Positions 39,889 through 49,369 are shown, counted from the stretch's first letter. The stretch is 64,000 nucleotides of DNA from Chitinophagales bacterium (GCA_020636535.1 JACJXT010000011.1:1884169-1948168); one strand, 5' to 3'. A program made the numbers and translations. The notes: generated from the sequence alone by a model not told the origin.

Positions 39889-41189
39889 GAGACCGTTACA
39901 AAAGGTAAAATTTTTGTTTTTCATTTATTATATTCATTAGTTTATATTTGTTATATTTTAATTTGTTTGTTTTATTGGCTTATTTTGTTATTTTTTATCT
40001 TTTTTGATTGATTTTTGTTTGTTTAGTACTCTTTTTTTTTTACTTTTCTTCGCTTTTTTATGCTTTGGACATAAGTATCCCTGGACTTCTGTATAAATTA
40101 TATGCTATGGCTTCCATTATGTTTTGTGTGTGCATCTTGGCTATGCCTCTGTATCTTGCTATACCGCCGTTAAACCATCTTTTTATACTGCCAAAAGTGC
40201 GTTCTATTTTATATCTGGTTTTGCTTATTAGTTTGTTATAATCTGTTTGGGCTTGTGTTAATGCTTTATTTTTAGTTGCTTTTTTTAATATGTTATTTTT
40301 TAATCCTAATGTCTTTAACAATTCATTATTCTTCTCTGATTGATAACCTTTGTCTGCTTTTACTGCTATGTCTTTTGGTAAGTCTGCTGTTTTTAATACC
40401 GTTTCTAGATTACTAATTTCATTTACACTTGCTTTGGTGGTTAATACGCCTAATACTAATCCTTCGTTGTCTGTTACATAGTGTTTCTTATAGCCATATT
40501 TTAGTTGTTTGCCTCTCTTTATCCATGCTGCTTCTATGTCTACACTTGTACTGTATTTTTTTTCTACCGTCTTTGTTGGTACTTCTTGTGATTGCTCTTG
40601 TTGTTGTTGTTGTGCTTCAAGCTCATAATTACTTTTTCCTTTGGGTTTTAATGGTGTTTCTACTATACTGGCATCTACTATAGCTCCTGTCTTTACTAGT
40701 ATTTGATGTTGTTCTAATTGTTTGTTTATGCTTTTTAATAATTCATCATATGCTCCTGCTCCTGTCATTGCTGTTCTAAATCTGCTTATGGTACTATGGT
40801 CTGGTGAGGTTTGGTCTATGGTTAATTCTAAGAAAGAACTAAAGGAGAGGCTGTCATTTATTCTGTCTTCTACTTCGTAATCACTTAGTCCGTACCATGT
40901 TTGTAGTAAACAGATTTTGAATAATAACAATCCATCATAACTTGGCTTGCCTGTTGCACTTGTGCCTTTGGTGTAATACTTATCTATTACTGTACTAATT
41001 TGTTGCCAATCTATTAACTGGTTAATTTGTGTAAAGAAAACTTGTTTAACTTTCTTTACGCGTGTATCGCATATACTGTCTGCTAATGTGAGTGGCTTAT
41101 TTATTTTCATAACTCTAATATACTAAATTATAGTATAACTACTAGCATTATTCTATATTATTTTTTATCACTGCCTTGCAACGGTCTTA
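39889..41189 (-). mobile_element. IS5-family insertion sequence, copy C, intact
   Basis: About 1301 bp, collinear with copy B. The right inverted repeat carries 2 substitutions (GAGACCGTTACAAAAGGTAA). No matching target duplication is visible at its flanks. Confidence 0.9.
40058..41110 (-). CDS. IS5-family DDE transposase
   Basis: 350 aa. It differs from copy B at 4 residues: L/I and S/T in the RINDS(L/I)SFS(S/T)F block, and S/Q and Q/R in the LLK(S/Q)INKQLE(Q/R)HQ block. Confidence 0.9.
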   Translation of the reverse strand: MKINKPLTLADSICDTRVKKVKQVFFTQINQLIDWQQISTVIDKYYTKGTSATGKPSYDGLLLFKICLLQTWYGLSDYEVEDRINDSLSFSSFLELTIDQTSPDHSTISRFRTAMTGAGAYDELLKSINKQLEQHQILVKTGAIVDASIVETPLKPKGKSNYELEAQQQQQEQSQEVPTKTVEKKYSTSVDIEAAWIKRGKQLKYGYKKHYVTDNEGLVLGVLTTKASVNEISNLETVLKTADLPKDIAVKADKGYQSEKNNELLKTLGLKNNILKKATKNKALTQAQTDYNKLISKTRYKIERTFGSIKRWFNGGIARYRGIAKMHTQNIMEAIAYNLYRSPGILMSKA

Positions 41190-41460
41190 CTTTTTGGGAC
41201 AGTATGTTACAAACCGAACAAGCCAAAAGACAAAGAATAATTACAAACAAAAATAGCATTTGTTGTTTTTAAGTAAAAAACCAAGAAATAAATTTACTGG
41301 TTATTGATTTTTTCTTTTTAAAATTATATAGTTTTATATATTATAAATTATATTTTAAAATAGTTTTCACTAAATAAACTTTTTAAACCCATTTTTACTT
41401 ATGGTTCGGAAATACGAACCTTTTATAGTAGATACTTCTTAGACATTGCTGTGCTACCTT

Positions 41461-41997
41461 TTATTGCCATTTTTTGATTTCTTGATTTCTTAGCTTCTTA
41501 TCAAAATAACAGTTTGTTCCTTTCTTATTCTTTATCTTCTTAAAATTAAAATATCCGTCTATCTGACTATTAAATGGCTTCAATATATAATAACCTTTTT
41601 TTAGATGCATTGAATCATAAAATGTATTTTTTGATAACACAATATAAATACTATCAGTATTTATGTTTTCTATTTCAATTTTATATGTATTAAAATTCAA
41701 TCTTATTGAATCATTATGTAAAATCCAAATATTATTATAAAATATGGAAGAATTATCATTTACTAATTCCCAATTAAAATTGTAAAAATTAAAATCCAAT
41801 GTATAAAAACTACCATCTTTATCAAATCTATATATTGTATTGTTGTTAGGCGAAGGTTCATATATAACTCCGTTTCTAAAAACTCTCCAATACTTAAACT
41901 TTCCACCAGTTAAGGTATTATCCTTAGAGATACCTTTCTCAGTTCTCTTACAATAAAATAAGGAAGACACAATAGTTATGTAGATTAAAAATTTCAA
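41461..41997 (-). CDS. Orphan lipoprotein of unknown function
   Basis: 178 aa with lipobox-like SSLFYC. Asn/Tyr/Phe-rich and very AT-rich coding sequence. Its start overlaps the upstream stop by 4 nt. Confidence 0.5.
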   Translation of the reverse strand: MKFLIYITIVSSLFYCKRTEKGISKDNTLTGGKFKYWRVFRNGVIYEPSPNNNTIYRFDKDGSFYTLDFNFYNFNWELVNDNSSIFYNNIWILHNDSIRLNFNTYKIEIENINTDSIYIVLSKNTFYDSMHLKKGYYILKPFNSQIDGYFNFKKIKNKKGTNCYFDKKLRNQEIKKWQ

Positions 41998-42389
41998 TCT
42001 TTAGTAAGTTTTTCATTGTACTCTACTTCACTTACCAAGTTATTGTCTTTATCTCTTATCTTAATAAAGTATTTAGTATCTACTATTTTATTCTTATCAT
42101 CTTGTATATATTCTTGTTCATATGTCATACTATAACTAGCTTTATTATTTATATTAAACTTACTAATTAGTTCTGTACTGTTTGCTCCCTCTCTCTTTTT
42201 TGCACTCAATATATATTCAGCTGTCTTTTTAACTATTGCTTGTTTAAATGGTTCTGTTGTATTTTTAAAACTTTCATCTGAAGTTTGATCTATATATAAT
42301 TCAGCATGTCCAGCAAAATTATCTTTATAGTCTCCCCCGCACTCGGCAGGTGTTATCACCTGCCGAAACATATAGTTATTCTTCTTCAT
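41994..42389 (-). CDS. Orphan protein of unknown function
   Basis: 131 aa with no signal peptide. Codons 8-15 are encoded by the GC-rich REP-like hairpin. It overlaps the RAYT-like gene stop by 14 nt. Confidence 0.4.
   Translation of the reverse strand: MKKNNYMFRQVITPAECGGDYKDNFAGHAELYIDQTSDESFKNTTEPFKQAIVKKTAEYILSAKKREGANSTELISKFNINNKASYSMTYEQEYIQDDKNKIVDTKYFIKIRDKDNNLVSEVEYNEKLTKD
42333..42370 (-). repeat. REP-like GC-rich hairpin element (3' flank of the RAYT-like gene)
   Basis: CGGCAGGTG-TTAT-CACCTGCCG (42344-42365). The reverse complement TGTTTCGGCAGGTGATAACACCTGCCGAGTGCGGG aligns with the element at 42970-43005. Confidence 0.7.
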
Positions 42390-42885
42390 TATTTATAAAC
42401 TTCCATTTACTTTTATTAAGATAATAATAATCTGCACTCGAATATATATAATCTTCTGCTTTTTCGCAATATTTTGCCTTTATTGGATTATTATGTATAT
42501 AGTCTAATTTTTGATTATAAACCTTTTCGGTATATAAATCTACACTCATAGAATTCGTTTGCCAAATCATATATTTTCTATCATTATGGTTTACTTTACA
42601 TAATTCAATTATCTCTGAATTCTTGCGTTGTAGATAAAACTTAATTTGCTGTGCTGTATATTTTAAAAAATCTCTTTGTACATTTTTTTGCAAGTGAGGT
42701 GTTCTGATTTTCCAAATGATATGGATATGATTATCCATAATTACAAATGCATGAATAAACACTCTTTGATTTTGTGCTAAAAAAACCATGCTTTCTATTA
42801 TTATATCTTTAACTTGACTTTCTTTTAAAAGTGGATACCATTTGTATATGGTTGCTGTAAAAAATTGAGGAAAATATGTTTGCAT
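42376..42885 (-). CDS. IS200/IS605-type Y1 (HUH) transposase homolog, REP-associated tyrosine transposase (RAYT)-like
   Basis: HUH motif in VIMDNHIHIIW and C-terminal Tyr motif KLDYIHNNPIKA..EDYIYSSADYY. I prefer the ATG at 42885 (MQTYFPQFF). It is flanked by inverted hairpin repeats. Confidence 0.7.
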   Translation of the reverse strand: MQTYFPQFFTATIYKWYPLLKESQVKDIIIESMVFLAQNQRVFIHAFVIMDNHIHIIWKIRTPHLQKNVQRDFLKYTAQQIKFYLQRKNSEIIELCKVNHNDRKYMIWQTNSMSVDLYTEKVYNQKLDYIHNNPIKAKYCEKAEDYIYSSADYYYLNKSKWKFINNEEE

Positions 42886-42955
42886 TTTTAAACCTGTAAA
42901 TATATCAAATTTTATTATTATACATAGCAAATGATACTTTTATTAACTCCTACAA

Positions 42956-43005
42956 GGTTTTTGACAGGGTTTTTGACAGGTGAAAAACACCTGTCAAGTG
43001 CGAGA
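42956..43005 (+). repeat. REP-like GC-rich hairpin element (5' flank of the RAYT-like gene), preceded by a 12-bp tandem repeat
   Basis: GGTTTTTGACAGG occurs twice (42956-42980), then the hairpin GACAGGTG-AAAAA-CACCTGTC (42975-42995), followed by AAGTGCGAG. Confidence 0.7.
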
Positions 43006-43087
43006 ATAGAAAAAACAACATCACTAAAAAATTAATTATATTGCATTAGATTTTCAGACTATTAGAATCAAGATTTTTAGATGGTTT

Positions 43088-43660
43088 CTATAAACTATCT
43101 TCATTGTCTTTAATAATTTCATATAATCTTTTTTTTGCTCTATGAATTTGTACTTTGACTGTACCAATTGGTAAGTGTAGTGCTGCTGCAATTTCGTCGT
43201 AGCTTAATTCTTTTAAATATCGATACTCAATAACTGTTGCTAAAGATGTATCTAAGCTGTTAATGTACTGTCTGATTTTTTGTTTCTTCTGTGTATTAAT
43301 TAATGTTGTTTCTGGATTTTCAGTATCGCTGTATAAAAAATTATCTTCAATATAATTAGCACTTGCATCTAATGAAATGGCTTCAATTCGTTTTTTTCTT
43401 AAAAAATCAATACAAGTATTAGAAGCAATTTTATACAACCAAGTACTAAACGCATAAGTTGCATCATACTGATTTAAATTATCAAATGCTTTAGCAAAAC
43501 TTTCTATTAATAAGTCTTCTGCATCTAACTCATCTCCTACTATTTTTTTTATGGTGTGCAACAAACCATCTTTATACCTTTCCATAAGATAAGTATATGC
43601 TTTTTGGTCTCCTTTCAAAGCATCGTTAATTATATTGATTTCATTTTCTTTTATTTCCAA
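43088..43660 (-). CDS. ECF-type RNA polymerase sigma-70 family factor
   Basis: 190 aa. Region 2 (..FAKAFDNLNQYDATYAFSTWLYKIASNTCIDFLRKK) and region 4 HTH (LSYDEIAAALHLPIGTVKVQIHRAKKRL). Confidence 0.85.
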   Translation of the reverse strand: MEIKENEINIINDALKGDQKAYTYLMERYKDGLLHTIKKIVGDELDAEDLLIESFAKAFDNLNQYDATYAFSTWLYKIASNTCIDFLRKKRIEAISLDASANYIEDNFLYSDTENPETTLINTQKKQKIRQYINSLDTSLATVIEYRYLKELSYDEIAAALHLPIGTVKVQIHRAKKRLYEIIKDNEDSL

Positions 43661-44739
43661 GATTTGCTTGGTTTAAAATAAGCTACCAATCCTATAAAGA
43701 TAATACTAAAACAATAGATTATATCAAATACAAATGAAAATTTAAAAAACTGAAATAAGTTGTTCTTTTTATATAAATATCTACTAGTCAACAAAATAAG
43801 TTCCGAATATAATAATAGCAATACTAAATATTTAAAATTATATATACTAATCATAATTGATAACATATAAACTAATAACTTAGTTAACAGAAATAAACTC
43901 AATATTACTTTATGTTTTATTTGATAAGTAAAACCTGTACTTAAATGTCTTTGCTTTTGTTTGAACCAAGCATTCCATGTTGACTTTGCATCAAAATAAG
44001 TATACGCATTTGTATCTGTGCATGTAGTAACATTATTTTTTTTTGCTTGTGTTTGAATAAACAAATCGTCATCGCCAGAAAGCATATTCATTTCTTTATC
44101 TGTCCAATTTTTATCTAAAAAAACCTGTTTTTCAAACAACATATTTCTACCAACACCCATGTATGCACAATTTATATTTGCTAAACTAATGTATTGCAAC
44201 GCTGTAATACTGGTTTCGTAGTCTTGCAACTTTTCAACCGTATTACCATTGATACAAAATGGCAAACTAATACCAAGTACTATTGCTTTGTCTTGTTTTG
44301 CTTGAACCATTTTTTGCAACCATTCTTTCGATATTGGATAACAATCAGCATCAGTTACTACAATAATATCGTGTTGTGCTTTTTGTACTCCTTGTTGTAA
44401 TGCAAATTTTTTCCCTACACCAATTTTATCTTTCTCATCTACAAATAAATAATTTATATTTTTATATTCTTTTTTATAGTGTATAATAACATCAACAGTA
44501 CTATCCGTAGAACCATCATCAACTAATAATAATTCAAAATTTGGATAATCTTGTTGCATGATGATAGGAATTAAGCGTTTTAGATTTTGAGCTTCATTTT
44601 TACAACAGACTACAATGGTTATTGGTAAATCATTATTTTTTATTTGATTTTTTTGATTAAATTTAAATAGAAAAAATATATAAAATAATAGTTGAATTAT
44701 TATAACCGCAATATATCCATAAATTAGAATCATCATCAA
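43651..44739 (-). CDS. Family 2 glycosyltransferase, membrane-bound
   Basis: 362 aa. N-terminal TM helix, LLVDDGSTDSTV and VVTDADCY motifs, and C-terminal TM helices. It overlaps the sigma factor start by 10 nt. Confidence 0.8.
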   Translation of the reverse strand: MMMILIYGYIAVIIIQLLFYIFFLFKFNQKNQIKNNDLPITIVVCCKNEAQNLKRLIPIIMQQDYPNFELLLVDDGSTDSTVDVIIHYKKEYKNINYLFVDEKDKIGVGKKFALQQGVQKAQHDIIVVTDADCYPISKEWLQKMVQAKQDKAIVLGISLPFCINGNTVEKLQDYETSITALQYISLANINCAYMGVGRNMLFEKQVFLDKNWTDKEMNMLSGDDDLFIQTQAKKNNVTTCTDTNAYTYFDAKSTWNAWFKQKQRHLSTGFTYQIKHKVILSLFLLTKLLVYMLSIMISIYNFKYLVLLLLYSELILLTSRYLYKKNNLFQFFKFSFVFDIIYCFSIIFIGLVAYFKPSKSWK

Positions 44740-44892
44740 TAAAAATAAATTTTTCCAAATTACACATTAGAAATTTATTCTGGAACTTCAGAATAAAAAA
44801 TATGCTTCATATTTTTTACTTATTCATCAATCTTCTAGAAAATTAACTTATATTTTCAATTAAAAACACCAACTTAACTTTCGTTCATTTTG

Positions 44893-44963
44893 TCTTGATA
44901 TTTACCTGTTGGTAAACAGGCAAAACGAACCAAAACCTGCTTGCCAGCAGGCAAGAGTCAAGA
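44893..44963. repeat. GC-rich nested-hairpin element
   Basis: The outer stem TCTTGA/TCAAGA (44893-98 / 44958-63) encloses hairpins CCTGTT-GGTA-AACAGG (44905-20) and CTTGCC-AGCA-GGCAAG (44940-55). Confidence 0.45.
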
Positions 44964-45026
44964 AGCATTTAAGGCAATTTACTTTTCTCTGATTTTATTT
45001 TAGTGAAGTAAATCGATGATAAATTT

Positions 45027-45072
45027 GTCTCTCCATGCCTATTGCTCGTTCCTCGCAATGCAATTCCGAGAC
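45027..45072. repeat. GC-rich nested-hairpin element
   Basis: The outer stem GTCTC/GAGAC (45027-31 / 45068-72) encloses ATTGC-TCGTTCCTC-GCAAT (45041-59). Confidence 0.4.
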
Positions 45073-45215
45073 ATTTACATCTATTGCTGAAAATGCTTCA
45101 ACGCAAAACTGCTTTGGTCTATCTGTTAATAGTTTAGTTTTAGAAAATTACAAAGTATGATACATAATTTGGGATTATTAAAATAGTTTTCAGACTTTTG
45201 CAGTAAATTTTTACG

Positions 45216-46343
45216 GTGCAGTTTAAAATAATAAATACAGACCAATATTCTAATGCTCGACTTGGCGAAATTACCACCGACCATGGCACAATTACAACGC
45301 CAATCTTTATGCCTGTTGGTACACAAGCAACAGTAAAAGGCGTTCATTTTAGCGAACTGCACGATGAAATTAAAGCAGACATTATTCTTGGTAATACTTA
45401 TCATTTGTATTTACGACCTGGTTTAGATATTCTAGAACAAGCTGGCGGTTTGCATCAGTTTAATTCTTGGCAAAAACCAATTTTAACAGATAGTGGTGGT
45501 TATCAAGTGTATTCTTTAAGCGATAGAAGAAAAATTACAGAACAAGGTGTTACTTTTCGTTCGCATATTGATGGTAGCAAACATTTATTTACACCAGAAT
45601 ATGTAATGGACATTCAACGCATTATTGGTGCAGATTTTATTATGGCTTTCGATGAATGTACACCTTATCCTTGTGATTATACATATGCGAAGAACTCTAT
45701 GCATTTAACACATCGTTGGTTGAAAAGATGCATTGAACGCTTTGACAATACCGAAGCTAAATATGGTTATGAGCAAACGCTTTTGCCAATTGTACAAGGT
45801 AGTACTTATAAAGATTTGCGAACGGCTTCTGCTAATTTTATTGCAGAACAAAATCAAAAAGCAAATGCCATTGGTGGTTTGGCTGTTGGCGAACCTGCTG
45901 AAGAAATGTATGCCATGACTGATTTAGTGAATCAGATTTTACCTAAAGACAAGCCACGCTATTTAATGGGTGTTGGTACACCTGCTAATATTTTAGAATC
46001 GATTGCTCTTGGTGTTGATATGTTTGATTGCGTGATGCCTACTAGAAATGCTAGACATGGCTTACTGTTTACAAGTGAAGGTATTATTAATATTAAAAAC
46101 AGTAAATGGAAAAATGATTTCTCTTGTATTGATGATAAAACTTGTAGTACGAGTAGAAAACACAGTAAAGCATATTTGCGACATTTAATTATTACCAACG
46201 AGTTGCTAGGTATGCAAATTGCTAGTTTACAAAATTTGAGTCTGTACCTTTGGTTAGTAAAACAAGCACAAGAACAAATTGCGAATAACACATTTGCTAC
46301 TTGGAAAAATAAAATGATTCCTAAACTAATGCAGAGATTGTAG
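45216..46343 (+). CDS. tgt: tRNA-guanine transglycosylase (queuine tRNA-ribosyltransferase)
   Basis: 375 aa. Contains ..TPIFMPVGTQATVKG, LTDSGGYQV, and the zinc site/FDCVMPTRNARHG. Confidence 0.95.
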   Translation: MQFKIINTDQYSNARLGEITTDHGTITTPIFMPVGTQATVKGVHFSELHDEIKADIILGNTYHLYLRPGLDILEQAGGLHQFNSWQKPILTDSGGYQVYSLSDRRKITEQGVTFRSHIDGSKHLFTPEYVMDIQRIIGADFIMAFDECTPYPCDYTYAKNSMHLTHRWLKRCIERFDNTEAKYGYEQTLLPIVQGSTYKDLRTASANFIAEQNQKANAIGGLAVGEPAEEMYAMTDLVNQILPKDKPRYLMGVGTPANILESIALGVDMFDCVMPTRNARHGLLFTSEGIINIKNSKWKNDFSCIDDKTCSTSRKHSKAYLRHLIITNELLGMQIASLQNLSLYLWLVKQAQEQIANNTFATWKNKMIPKLMQRL

Positions 46344-46372
46344 TTCTTTTCTTATAGTAAAATAATAAAAAA

Positions 46373-47401
46373 ATGAACACAATTACCTTAAAATCTAAAA
46401 TAATATATACAAAAATAATTATTTCAATTATTTTATTCTCATTCATTCTTGCAATTAGTTCTTATATGCTTATTAGTGCATTCTTTGCGGAAAATTTTAA
46501 TCTAGTATTATTTTCAATATCTATTTTATTATTCATAATAAATATCATATTTTTTATTGAAATATATAATTCAGGCATAATTATAGTTTATAATGATTAT
46601 ATAGAATTCAGAAACATTTTTAATAAAATTAGAATAAAACTATTTTACACAGATATAATTAAATGGAAAGAAGAAGAAATTAAAGACAGAAGAGGAACTA
46701 TTAGTTTTTTAGATCTTTCATTATATACTAGCTCTAATAAATTCCATATAGTTTCTAATCGATATAAAAATTATACCGAATTGAAAAATGAAATAACTTC
46801 AAAAATCACAGAAAATGAAGTTTTTCTAGATGAAGGTGGTATTTTATTTCAAACAAAAAAAAAGATTATAATATCAACTATAATATTGATTTATGGATTA
46901 GTTTTTTTTCTTATGGCAAGAAATGACCTAATAAAATCAGAAAAGTATTATGATTTGTATTGTAAAACTACGGAAATAGAAGGAATCATTGCCAATACAG
47001 TAAAAATAACTAAAGGACATAAAAGTAATAGGTATATTCACTTAAAATTAGAAGAATATCCAGATATAACATTTACTTTGGCTGGTAGTGAATATCAGAA
47101 AACAAACAAAAGTTTATTTATAAAAAATGTAAAAAAAGGTGACTCTATATACTTAAAAATAACAATTAATGATTATTTAAAAAAAATAGTAAAAAATAAG
47201 GAATTAGATTTCTTAGAGAAAAGTATCAACAATAAATTTATTAATATATATGGCATTTATGTTAAACCAAAAACTTATTTGCGAATTGATAATATAGAAA
47301 TTTATCTAGTAGAACAATGTCAAAAAGATGCATTAGGTAGTATTATTTTGGGCTTTTTAATAATGGCATTAGTGTTAGGTCTTTCAAATAATATTAGGTA
47401 G
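46373..47401 (+). CDS. Membrane protein of unknown function
   Basis: 342 aa. Four predicted TM helices (two N-terminal, one central, one C-terminal) separate two soluble Lys/Ile/Asn-rich segments. Extremely AT-rich. Confidence 0.45.
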   Translation: MNTITLKSKIIYTKIIISIILFSFILAISSYMLISAFFAENFNLVLFSISILLFIINIIFFIEIYNSGIIIVYNDYIEFRNIFNKIRIKLFYTDIIKWKEEEIKDRRGTISFLDLSLYTSSNKFHIVSNRYKNYTELKNEITSKITENEVFLDEGGILFQTKKKIIISTIILIYGLVFFLMARNDLIKSEKYYDLYCKTTEIEGIIANTVKITKGHKSNRYIHLKLEEYPDITFTLAGSEYQKTNKSLFIKNVKKGDSIYLKITINDYLKKIVKNKELDFLEKSINNKFINIYGIYVKPKTYLRIDNIEIYLVEQCQKDALGSIILGFLIMALVLGLSNNIR

Positions 47402-47412
47402 CAAATCAATTA

Positions 47413-48036
47413 CTACTCTTCTACCACAATTTTGTCAATCCAAAAATAATCGTTTAAGCTTGGGTCGGTATTGAATTGTTGTTTGGTTCTAATATTTATT
47501 AATTCATTATAATCGTGGTCTTTAAAAAACGGATTATTTATAAATTGGTGTATATTAATTCCTAGTATTTTTAATTGAGCTACTTTATGTGCTACTTTTA
47601 TATCTTCTTGTAATTGATATTGTTCAATTAAATAGTTGGCTATAGAATTATACATTGCAGCATAACCAATACAATTGGCTTGTTTGGTGTTGTACAATTC
47701 GTTCGGATTATTACTTACTTGCTTTGTAGTAAACGACAGTGATTTTGTAGTAATTTCATTAGCTATTGTAGCTATTGTTTTTATATCAATTACTTTTTTA
47801 TCTTTTGATTTTTCTTCAATAGCTTCTATTAATTGTTGATTAGTTATGACTATTGTCGTTCGAGTTCCAATGGCCTTATACTTAACCAATGTTCTAAAAA
47901 TAGTACCACGAAATAAAATCACTAGAACTACTACAATTCCAACGATTTTTAAAAGTGTTCTCATTAGTTTAAAAGTAAACCAACCACTAGTCTGCTTTTT
48001 CAAAAATACCATTGTTGTAATGGTAATAATGTACAA
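47413..48036 (-). CDS. Membrane-anchored protein, possibly transglutaminase-like cysteine-peptidase fold
   Basis: Anchor MRTLLKIVGIVVVLVILF, so the real start is possibly 47964. A KQANCIGYAAMYNSIANYL motif resembles the transglutaminase-core Cys, with a later H/D (FKDHDYN). Weak call. Confidence 0.3.
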   Translation of the reverse strand: MYIITITTMVFLKKQTSGWFTFKLMRTLLKIVGIVVVLVILFRGTIFRTLVKYKAIGTRTTIVITNQQLIEAIEEKSKDKKVIDIKTIATIANEITTKSLSFTTKQVSNNPNELYNTKQANCIGYAAMYNSIANYLIEQYQLQEDIKVAHKVAQLKILGINIHQFINNPFFKDHDYNELINIRTKQQFNTDPSLNDYFWIDKIVVEE

Positions 48037-49369
48037 AGCTATTATCGTAAAAGTCTATAGCGTTGTTTTCATTATATACTGGAACAAATTTAAAGTTAGA
48101 TTGCAACTTTCTTGGATAAGCAAAATCTTGATAGTCTAATAAGTTGTTATTGTGTTCTATCATATTAAATAGAAACTGCATTATATCATAACCTAAATAA
48201 CTTAGTGTAGTTGGCTTTTGTACATAATCTGTTATATAATCTTGTGCAAAAATCTTAACATCATCATTTTGTAAATCGTAAGGTGCTATAGTATATAATT
48301 GATGTGAAAATGTTTTATATACAATATCTTTATTTTTATTGATAGATGAATTGGTATAAAAGTATAATGATTTGTCTGTAATAGTACTAGCTTGTTTTAA
48401 TATACTTTTTATATAGTTGACATCGTTAGAAAAGAAAAGAAAAATAGAATCGTTACTAGAAAAAGTATTTATTGGCAATACTGTTTTATTGCTAGGAATA
48501 ATATTGTATTTTACTTTATTTCTCTTCAGCAGATTATCTATCAAATTGATATTTGCATTTTTAGTATCGGTACTGTCGTATAAAACAGTAATGTTTTTTG
48601 TAGGATGTTGTTGTTTAATATTTTCAATCAAAGCAACATATTCGCCATAAATAGTTGGTGTTGCACTATAATAATATGGATTGTTGCTAGTAGTATACAT
48701 AGAACTATTGTTAGAAGAAAGTACTGGTATTTTGTTTTGCTTTCCATAGTCTGCCAACAATTTAATGTTTTCGACTTTGTAAGGAGCAATAATCATATCG
48801 ATATTAGGAAATGGAGCCATTTTTAATTTTTGCTGTAGTATATCCGAACTGTTTTGGTCGTCCATAAAATACAAATTGACTTGTGGTTCAAAGCTGCTCA
48901 AACTTTCTTTGGCTAGCTTAGCACCAATATAAAAATCCATAGCATCTTTAGAAGCATTAGGCAATTGTTTAGTCGTGTCGTTAGCATATTTTCCTAGTGG
49001 AATAGTATTTATAAAAAATGGTAAAAACACTACTATTTTTGTTTTCTGACTTAAATAATCGGTTTCACTTTCATCTTCACCAACTAAAACTTCATCATCT
49101 TCTGCATCTATAGCATCATCAATATCAAATGGTTGCACATCTTTAGTTATAGAATCTATTGAAACATCGGCTACTTCGTCTGTCGATTTAATTTCATCTA
49201 CTACATCATCTGTGTTATTCGTATTAATATCAACTATTTCTGTTGATTTATTATTGGTACTTACTTTTTTAGATGCACTGCATGAAGTAGTACTCAGTAA
49301 ACTTAATATTACAATCAAGTATAATTTATTCCCACTCAATTGTTGCAGGAGGTTTTGAACTAATATCAT
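47987..49369 (-). CDS. Lipoprotein, possibly periplasmic-binding-protein (type 1)-like
   Basis: 460 aa with lipobox LSTTSC. An acidic low-complexity linker is followed by an alternating alpha/beta region ([18 protein letters not shown]..). The family assignment is tentative. Confidence 0.35.
   Translation of the reverse strand: MILVQNLLQQLSGNKLYLIVILSLLSTTSCSASKKVSTNNKSTEIVDINTNNTDDVVDEIKSTDEVADVSIDSITKDVQPFDIDDAIDAEDDEVLVGEDESETDYLSQKTKIVVFLPFFINTIPLGKYANDTTKQLPNASKDAMDFYIGAKLAKESLSSFEPQVNLYFMDDQNSSDILQQKLKMAPFPNIDMIIAPYKVENIKLLADYGKQNKIPVLSSNNSSMYTTSNNPYYYSATPTIYGEYVALIENIKQQHPTKNITVLYDSTDTKNANINLIDNLLKRNKVKYNIIPSNKTVLPINTFSSNDSIFLFFSNDVNYIKSILKQASTITDKSLYFYTNSSINKNKDIVYKTFSHQLYTIAPYDLQNDDVKIFAQDYITDYVQKPTTLSYLGYDIMQFLFNMIEHNNNLLDYQDFAYPRKLQSNFKFVPVYNENNAIDFYDNSFVHYYHYNNGIFEKAD

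Noticed and set aside
31375-41189. Composite transposon formed by IS copies B and C carrying the imelysin/HTTM/TonB-receptor cluster.
   Set aside because: The outer flanks (..TAAACT before B, (TA)CTTTTT after C) do not form a target-site duplication, and copy B has its own private duplication. The bracket is therefore two independent insertions or rearrangements, not a demonstrable composite transposition. It is kept only as a recombination substrate.
45126-45404. 92-aa minus-strand ORF at the tgt 5' end.
   Set aside because: It overlaps the start of the well-supported tgt gene on the opposite strand and has Cys/Asn-rich low-complexity sequence, so it is likely spurious.
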